Origin: Chiloscyllium plagiosum
Lineage: Eukaryota
DNA length: 57,487 nt
NCBI RefSeq assembly: GCF_004010195.1
Contig: NC_057718.1
Location: 13,690,553 to 13,748,039 of the forward strand
Direction of reading: 5' to 3'
The position numbers and the translations under genes are program-made. The notes beneath the pieces were generated by a model, which was not told the DNA's origin, did no database searches, and saw only the letters and a list, made by a program, of their open reading frames with translations. This document shows positions 50,060 through 57,487 of this stretch, one piece after another. The number at the start of each line of letters is the position of its first letter. Position 1 is the stretch's first letter.

Positions 50060-50641
50060 GTAAGTGCAGAATCTTACCCATCCTCAAATAACGTCTCTAG
50101 AATCAGATACAATTGTTACCTTGTAAAACAAGCCACTCAGTCCATCATGTGTGCTGAAGGATCCCATTTCCACCGCGTAGGACTTCCCCAGGATGGGACC
50201 CTAAATGGAACTCTGATTAAGTTATAACAATTCTGGGTTCTGCACGAATGTGTACACAGAACACCAATCCCTCACAGTTCTGGCTCAGGGAAGTTAGAAC
50301 CAAATAAATTATATAGAATAGATGAGGTCTTTCGGCCCATCTTGTTCATGCCAACAATACCCAGTTCCCTTTTCTAATCCCATCTTCCTTATGATGATGT
50401 GAAAGCCTCAAATGGGGGTCACAATAGGAAAAGAAGTAGGAACAGAGACCTACCATTCTCCTCACTGCTTCTTCATTGCACTCTACATGGTCTTTTCCAG
50501 GTTTAAAGAAGATGTTGTATTGGACAGGTGTTTGAGAAAACACAAAAGGTTAAATTATAACATGAGAAATTGTAAGTTTATTTGCTGAGCTGGAAGGTTT
50601 GCTATCAGATGTTTTGTCACCAACATCATCAATGAGCCTCC

Positions 50642-51726
50642 TTTGGAAAGGCAAGGACTGATTAGGGATAGTCACCATGGCTTTGTGCATGGGAAATCAT
50701 GTCTCACAAACTTGATTGAGTTTTTTTGAAGAAGTAACAAAGAAGATTGATGAGGGCAGAGCAGTGGATGTGATCTATATGGACTTCAGTAAGGTGTTAG
50801 ACAAGGTTCCCCATGGGAGAATGATGAGCAAGGTTAGATCTCATGGAATACAAGGAGAACTAGCCATTTGGATACAGAACTGGCTCAAAGGTAGAAGACA
50901 GAGGGAGGTGGAGGGTTGTTTTTCAGACTGGAGGCCTGTGACAGTGGAGTGCCACAAGGATCGGTGCCGGGTCCTCTACTTTTTGTCATTTACATAAATG
51001 ATTTGGATGCAAGCATAAGAGGTACAGTTAGTAAGTTTGCAGATGACACCAAAATTGGTGGTGTAGTGGACAGTGAAGAGGGTTACCTCAGATTACAACA
51101 GGATGGGCCAATGGGCTGAGAAGTGGCAGATGGAGTTTAATTCAGATAAATGCGAGNNNNNNNNNNNNNNNNNNNNNNNNNNNNNNNNNNNNNNNNNNNN
51201 NNNNNNNNNNNNNNNNNNNNNNNNNNNNNNNNNNNNNNNNNNNNNNNNNNNNNNNNNNNNNNNNNNNNNNNNNNNNNNNNNNNNNNNNNNNNNNNNNNNN
51301 NNNNNNNNNNNNNNNNNNNNNNNNNNNNNNNNNNNNNNNNNNNNNNNNNNNNNNNNNNNNNNNNNNNNNNNNNNNNNNNNNNNNNNNNNNNNNNNNNNNN
51401 NNNNNNNNNNNNNNNNNNNNNNNNNNNNNNNNNNNNNNNNNNNNNNNNNNNNNNNNNNNNNNNNNNNNNNNNNNNNNNNNNNNNNNNNNNNNNNNNNNNN
51501 NNNNNNNNNNNNNNNNNNNNNNNNNNNNNNNNNNNNNNNNNNNNNNNNNNNNNNNNNTTGCAACATTTAAGAGGCATTTGGAAGGGTATATGAATAGGAA
51601 GGGTTTGGAGGGATATGGGCCGGGTGCTGGCAGGTGGGACTAGATTGGGTTTGGATATCTGGTTGGCATGGACTGGTTGGACCGAAGGATCTGTTTCCAT
51701 GCTGTACATCTCTCTGACTCTATGAT
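50642..51726 (+). mobile_element. CR1-type LINE (RT core), gap inside
   Basis: FFEEVTKKIDEGRAVDVIYMDFSK, GVPQGSV...[20 protein letters not shown]; tail ctctatga. Confidence 0.92.
51157..51557. other. Assembly gap
   Basis: Run of N. Confidence 1.
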
Positions 51727-51934
51727 CTGAGGAAAAGAACTGGAAATGCTATCACCCACCTTAACAGACCAAGACACATAAATAGAAAGTGGGACAGAAC
51801 ACCAGTGTTTCACCGGAGGCTCACTGATGATGTTACCTAGCATGGTGACAAAATGGTTGAAAACAAACCTTCGAGCTCAGCGAGCAAACTTTCAACCTGA
51901 GCTACAAAACTTCTCGAAATTCACATTTATAATA

Positions 51935-52800
51935 GTCCACAATGTTAGAGGTAGTATATTGACATGGATTGGGAATTGGCTCATGACAGGAAACGGGGTG
52001 GGAATAAAAGGTTCTATTTCAGGTTGTTGACCTACAACAGGAATCCTTGTTGGGATTGCAACTGTCCACATTGCTTTCTTCCTCCAGATTATCATTATAC
52101 AAATTTACTGTAGCCAGATTTACAGATGACACAAAATATGTGGAAATGCAGATTGCATGAGTGATACAGGTGCAGCAGTTAATCAGGAAGGCTAATGGAG
52201 TGTTGGCCCTTATTTCAAGGGGTTTGGAGTGTAAGAGTAGGGAAGTCTTATTGCAATATGGTGAGACCACATCTGGAGTGCTGAGAGATGTTTTAGTTTC
52301 CTTATTAAAGAAAAGATATTATATCATTGTACGCAATTCAAGGTTCGCTAGGATGATTCCTGATATTGAGGCATTGTTTTATGAGCCAACGTTAAACAGG
52401 TTTGGACTCTACTCACTGGAGTGTAAAAGAATGAGAGATGATTTCACTGAAGAATATAGGATTCTTCAGAGGCTTGACATGATAAATGCTGGAAGGATGT
52501 TTCTCCTCCTGGAGAGTGCAGGACCAAAAGGCATTGTCTCACTATCATGGATGCCAAATCAAGAATGAGACAGGATGGGATTTCTTATCAGAGGTTTGAG
52601 TCTCTTTGGAAATCCTTGCCAGAGAAAGCAGTGGAAGCTGCATATTTGAGGCTTAGATTCATTCTTGATTAGTTGGATTCAAGAGTCAAAGGGAAAGGGC
52701 AGGAAAGTGGACGTGAGGAATGTCAAATCATTCATGGTACTGTTAAAGGAGCAGGCTTGAGGGGCTGAATGACCTACTGTTCCTGTTTCTTCTGGTCTTA
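51935..52800 (+). mobile_element. Decayed CR1/L2-type LINE
   Basis: QVQQLIRKANGVLALISRGLECKSREVLLQ. Confidence 0.75.
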
Positions 52801-53586
52801 TAAGATTTATTTTGAATGGTGTCACCAGATGACACAAAGAGGGTATGTATTCACTGCCATGATATAATAAGTTTTGGAAGTAAATGGCTCTGCTGGAAGT
52901 GTCTCAATGTGGATAACCATGTTGAAGATCATTGCACATATGCCATACTGTCGATCCGCTCCTTTGAAATAGCAGCTGTTAACTCAGGTCCTGTGAGAGA
53001 ACTATCCTGAGAAGCTGCTGCCGGATTACACACCGTAAAGGACGTTTCGGGAGGCTGCTGCAGCAGTGAAGACGGTGTGATCCATTCTTCATGGCCATTG
53101 TGGCTGCATACTGGTGGGTCCTGCAGAGTGGTGGTCTGCTTCGGCAGTGTGATGTGTCCAACTCGGGATTCCAATGGCCTGGATAAGTGGCACTTTCAGC
53201 AATGGGGTGGGTTTAACCCAATATTCCAATGGTCTGGATGAGTTGACTTGTATGGAGTCTTCTGTCCCAGAATTCCAATGGCCCAACATGGTGGTCTGCT
53301 TCAGCAATGAGACATGATGGATCCTTGAAGCGGTCTTTGGCATCTTTGGCGGCATGATAATCCGACTTGAGATTTGACGGCTTCCATGTCAACTTTCTCT
53401 TGTGATGGAGAAAGTGGTTCCTGCCTTTTCCTCAACCTTGGAAACCCATGAACTGTGAATTAAACAAAGATGAATTGTATCTTAATTTTTTAAAATATGA
53501 TTTTTGTTATTAATAAAGGTGTTGGAGTATAACGACTTAAATACTTTTCACAGTATGTTTTGTAAAAATATAAGTGACGATAAATT

Positions 53587-54538
53587 CTGTATGTAAGTTT
53601 GCTCACTGTGGTGGAAACTTCATTTTCAGATGTTTCGTCACCATGCTAGGTAACATCATCAGTGAGCCTCCAGTGAAGCACTGGTGTAAGTGACTCACTT
53701 TCTTTTTGTGTTTTGGGTTCCTTGAGTTAGTGATGTCATTTCCGGTGGTGATGTCATTTCCTGTTCTTTTTCTCAGAGGGTGGTAAATGGGGTCCAAGTA
53801 GATGTGTTTGTTGATTGAATCCTGGTTGGAATACCATGCTTCTAGGAATTTTCGTGCGTATCTGGCTTGCCCTATGATGGATGTATTGTCCCAGTCAAAG
53901 TGGTGTCCTTCCCCATCTGTATGTAAGGATACTAGTGAGAATGGGTCATGTGTTTTTGTGGCTAGTTGATGTTCATGTATTCCGGTGACTCATTTTCTGC
54001 CTGTTTGTCCAATGTAGTGTTTGTTACAGATCTTGCAAGGTATTTTGTAAATGACATTAGTTTACAAAACAAGCCACCAGGATAAATGAACATCCACTAG
54101 CCACAAAAAAGACCTGTCCCACTCTTATTAGTATCCTCTCATTAGTATCTTAAATGTGCAACCACTTATTCATAGGACACCACTTCGACTGGGACAACAC
54201 AGCCATTCTAGGACAAGCCAAACAGGGAGAGACACGAGAATTCCTAAAGCATGGCATTCCAATACATCAACCTGGACCCCATTTACCACCCTCTGAGAAA
54301 AAGAACAGGAAATGACATCACAACATGAACCGACATCGCCACAGGAAATGACATCACCAACCCAAGGAAACCTAAACACATAAATAGAAAGTGGGTCGCT
54401 AGCACCAGTGCAATATCAAAGGCTCACTGATAATGCTACCTATTATGGTGATGAAACATCTGAAAATGAACTTCCAAGCTCAGCAAGCAAACTTATACAC
54501 AGAACCTCAACCGAAGCTACAAATCTTCTCAAACTCAC
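53587..54538. mobile_element. Fold-back PLE (family C) with GIY-YIG remnant
   Basis: Minus arm encodes NVIYKIPCKICNKHYIGQTGRK*...HFDWDN; arms meet near 54060; TSD TGAC(G/A)ATAAATT at 53575-53586 and 54539-54550; tail on right. Confidence 0.88.
53626..53665 (-). ncRNA. Minimal hammerhead ribozyme motif (family C)
   Basis: TCA-CTGATGA-T-GTTACC-TAGCAT-GGTGAC-GAAA-CA-TC-TGA; mirror copy 54424-54463 has CTGATAA. Confidence 0.7.
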
Positions 54539-54611
54539 TGACAATAAATTACTATTCTATTGAAGAAGATAGAGGAAGATGGTAGCAAACAGGTGCAGCA
54601 GCAGCTCCATA

Positions 54612-54925
54612 AAACATAGGAGCTGAAGTAAGCCATTCAGACCATTAAGTCTGCCATTCAATTGAATTATGGGTGACTTGATAATCCTCAACTCTGCTTT
54701 CCTGCCTTTTCCCTATTACTCTTGATTTCCTTACTGATTAAAAAATCACTCTCTCAGACTTGAATGTACTTAATGATCCAGCCTCAACAGCCTCTCAGTA
54801 AAGAATTCCACAGATTCATCACCCTCTGAGAGAAGAAATTCTTGCTCATCTCTTAAACGTGCAACCACTTATTCATAGACTCTCCCATAGACAGAAACAA
54901 CTTTTCTGCATCTACCCTGCCAAGC
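54612..54925 (-). mobile_element. CR1/L2-type LINE 3' end
   Basis: Similar to 43291-43640. Confidence 0.65.
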
Positions 54926-55254
54926 GATTAAACTGGATGAAGACTTTAAAATCCTTCTGCTACATAGCTTTTAGCAGTTCTTTTTGAGCAGACAGCGCAG
55001 CAGCTGGAGGACATACACTCCTAATTTTGCTCCAGTGAGTGCCAAACGTGTTGTCAGCAATGTGCCACTGATAATGACATCACTGTGCATAGTACGTGGA
55101 GATGTAATTGATGCCTGTGCAATTGCTTCCTGAGGTCTGCCCTGTAAAGGCCTAATGACATCTCTGGCTGTGGCTGCACATGCTCGCAAATCCTATTGCA
55201 TTTTGTATAATTACTCTCTTCTGATAATTCACTGTCCAAATGTGCGAGACTGGC

Positions 55255-55790
55255 ATAGGTTAGGCAGCATCTGAGGAGCAGGAAAGTTGACATTTTAGGC
55301 ATAAGACCTTCATCAGGAATGTGGAGGGGTAAGGGGGCTGAATGATAAATCGTGGGATGGGGGTGAAGGCAGGTGGGAAGTAATTGTGATAGGTGGGTGG
55401 GAGGGAGGTGCAGATAGTTGGGAAGGAAGATGGATAGGTAGGAGAGGTCAAGTTGGATCTGGGATGAGGTGGGGCGAGGGGAGATTTAGAAACTGGTGAA
55501 GTTAATGTTAATGCCGTGTGGTTGAAGGGTCCTGAGGCAAAAAATGAAGCATTCTTCCAATTGGCAGGTGGCTTGATTTGGTGGTGGAGGAGGCCCAGGA
55601 CTTGATGTGCTTGGGCGAGCAGGAGTTAAAGTGATTGGCCACAGGGTGGTGAGGTTGGTTTGGTGCGTGCGTCCCAGAGATGTTCCCTGAACTGCTCTGC
55701 GAGTTGGTGTCCTGTCTCCCCAATGTAGAGGAGACCACATCAAGAGCAACAGACGCAGTAGATGAGGTGGGTGGATGTGTGGGAAAATCA
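55255..55790 (-). mobile_element. Decayed family A PLE (GIY-YIG plus pLTR)
   Basis: Reverse-strand homolog of 12190-12500 (IFCLRTLQPHGININF). Confidence 0.8.
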
Positions 55791-56814
55791 GTTCCTCCTT
55801 GATTGCCTCAAGTGAACATGTTCACATCCCACTCTCGGCAAGTGAATTTGTGATTTTTAAAAATTCATTCATGGGATTTGAGTGTTATTGGGTAGGCCAT
55901 GATTTATTGCCTGCACTAGCTGCCCTTAAGAAGGTGCTGGTGAGCTTCCTATAACTAATTGTGCATGAAAATGTTTTTCCTCTTGTCACTATTGCTTCTT
56001 TTACAAATAATCTTCAGTCAGTAGCCTCTTATTCTTGATCATTCACCAGTAGGAACAATTTTTCCTTGATACTAAAACAGAGCTTTCATGACTTTGATTG
56101 TTTTTGCACCTGCTCCTGTCCAGGAAAGAGGTGCATGTACAAATGTTTACAAAGTAAAGAAATTGCATTTTTTCAGCACCTTTAACAAGTACCAAAATAC
56201 TCCATTGTACTTCAGAGCCAGGTTGTTCTTTTGCTTTGAGCAGTGATAAGATGGGGGGGAATTTGGCAACCAATTTGTACACAGTAGCTTCTCACAAATA
56301 GCAAGGACACAACTGCTCAGTTAACTTGTTTTGATGATGTGGACCTTAACTAGGCTGCTCTGTGTCATGGATCAACCAGATGGAGCCTTGCCACAAGATC
56401 TTCTTCAGAAACAACATCTCTAAAAGTGCACCATTCCCTTAGTCCCATAGCCAGGAATGAATTAATAAACAGATGTGCTCCTAACTCCCAAATGGCAGAA
56501 TGAAAAATGTAATTTAAATGTTGGTCTGTGCTACACAATAGTCCACATTCAGTTTCTTTTTTGTCTGAAATAAGTGAACAACTTATTGTACAACAATATG
56601 TTTGTAGCTTTAATAATTATCTACTACTCATATTTCTTATCTTCTTATTTCATTGAATCAAAATGTTTTTTTTGCATTAATGTAGAATAATAATACAACT
56701 CACTGGTCATTGTAAGGCTTATGATGTAATTCTTCTACAAATCAATAAATATTAATGTTATAATTAGAGTATTCATGACCATGATACTGAAAAATATTTT
56801 GACCACAATTCAGT

Positions 56815-57268
56815 TATGTTTACTTTAGTGATGGAAAGGAATAGGTATATGCCGCAGGGCAAGAGTTATAGCTGGGGGAAAGGCAATTACAATGTGATTA
56901 GGCAAGATTCAGGATGCATAGGATGGGGAAGGAAACTAAAGGGGATGGGCACAATTGAAATGTGGAGGTTATTCAAGGACAGCTATTGTGTACCGGTCAG
57001 GCAGGGAGGAAGTTGTCGACTGCAGGAACCGTGGTTTACTAAGGAAGTTGAATCTCTTGTCAAGCGGAAGAAGGAGGCTTATGTTAGGATGAGATGTGAT
57101 GGCTCAGTTAGGGCGCTTGATGGTTACAAGTTAGCCAGGAAAGACCTAAAGAGAGAGCCAAGAAGAGCCAGGAGGGGACATGAGAAGTTATTGGTGGATA
57201 GGATCAAGGAAAACCCTAAGGCTTTCTTTAGCAATATCAGGAATAAAAGAATGACTAGAATAAGATTT
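56815..57268 (+). mobile_element. CR1-type LINE ORF2 internal fragment
   Basis: WGKGNYNVIRQD...PWFTKEV...IKENPKAFF. Confidence 0.85.
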
Positions 57269-57487
57269 GGTAAAAACAATGACTACAGATGCTGGAAACC
57301 AGATTCTGGATCAGTGGTGCTGGAAGAGCACAGCAATTCAGGCAGCATCCGACGAGCAGCAAAATCGACGTTTCGGACAAAAGCCCTTCATCAGGAATAA
57401 AGGCAGAGAGCCTGAAGCGTGGAGAGATAAGCTAGAGGAGGGTGGGTGTGGGGAGAAAGTAGCATAGAGTACAATAGGTGAGTGGGG
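57269..57487 (-). mobile_element. PLE pLTR (subfamily A2) inserted in the LINE, runs off window
   Basis: Same terminus as 38030 and 44169; hammerhead ATTC-CTGATGA-A-GGGC-TTTT-GTCC-GAAA-CG-TC-GATT at 57363-57398. Confidence 0.88.

Larger units (their letters stand above)
50563..51925. mobile_element. Family C fold-back PLE remnant with a CR1 LINE between its arms
   Basis: Left arm about 50563-50641 (minus), right arm about 51727-51925 (plus, tcaCTGATGAtgttacctagcatggtgacAAAA degenerate hammerhead). Confidence 0.65.

Noticed and set aside
51073..51709. ORFs of 147-190 aa
   Set aside because: Span an N gap inside a CR1 LINE
52598..52630. Possible ARV1 exon 2 (ggaaatccttgccagagaaagc)
   Set aside because: Lies within a LINE remnant (WxxLPxxAVEA motif); no valid acceptor or VDKYIE continuation
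52925..53574. Cluster of short minus-strand ORFs in a GC-richer patch
   Set aside because: No recognisable protein; ends in gtgacgataaatt...ctattctatt, more like a retroelement 3' end; family could not be assigned

Overview
Vertebrate genomic DNA, most likely a shark (inferred from the elasmobranch-type SINE/LINE content). It holds two head-to-head genes. TTC13 is on the minus strand: coding exons 1-16 and the start of exon 17 were reconstructed with GT-AG junctions and consistent phases (ATG at 49683, about 620 codons in the window, gene runs off the left edge). ARV1 is on the plus strand: coding exon 1 is at 49967-50059 and exon 2 was not found. The two ATGs are 283 bp apart across a CpG-rich bidirectional promoter carrying two oppositely oriented ZNF143/THAP11-type ACTACAnnTCCC motifs. 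Introns are dense with decayed CR1/L2-type LINEs, tRNA-derived V-SINEs and Deu-SINEs, a solo LTR, a Tc1/mariner-type MITE and many Penelope-like element (PLE) derivatives. The most striking signal is a set of at least ten fold-back (palindromic) PLE-derived insertions of about 0.1-3.1 kb from three distinct families. They typically show a 12-16 bp target-site duplication, a one-sided tail of about 30 nt and a minimal hammerhead ribozyme motif, and several arm junctions fall on the hammerhead core or its predicted cleavage site. There is also a tandem 286-bp hammerhead dimer in sense orientation in TTC13 intron 1. Three N gaps are present. Repeat boundaries are approximate unless a TSD is given, and no database searches were run.
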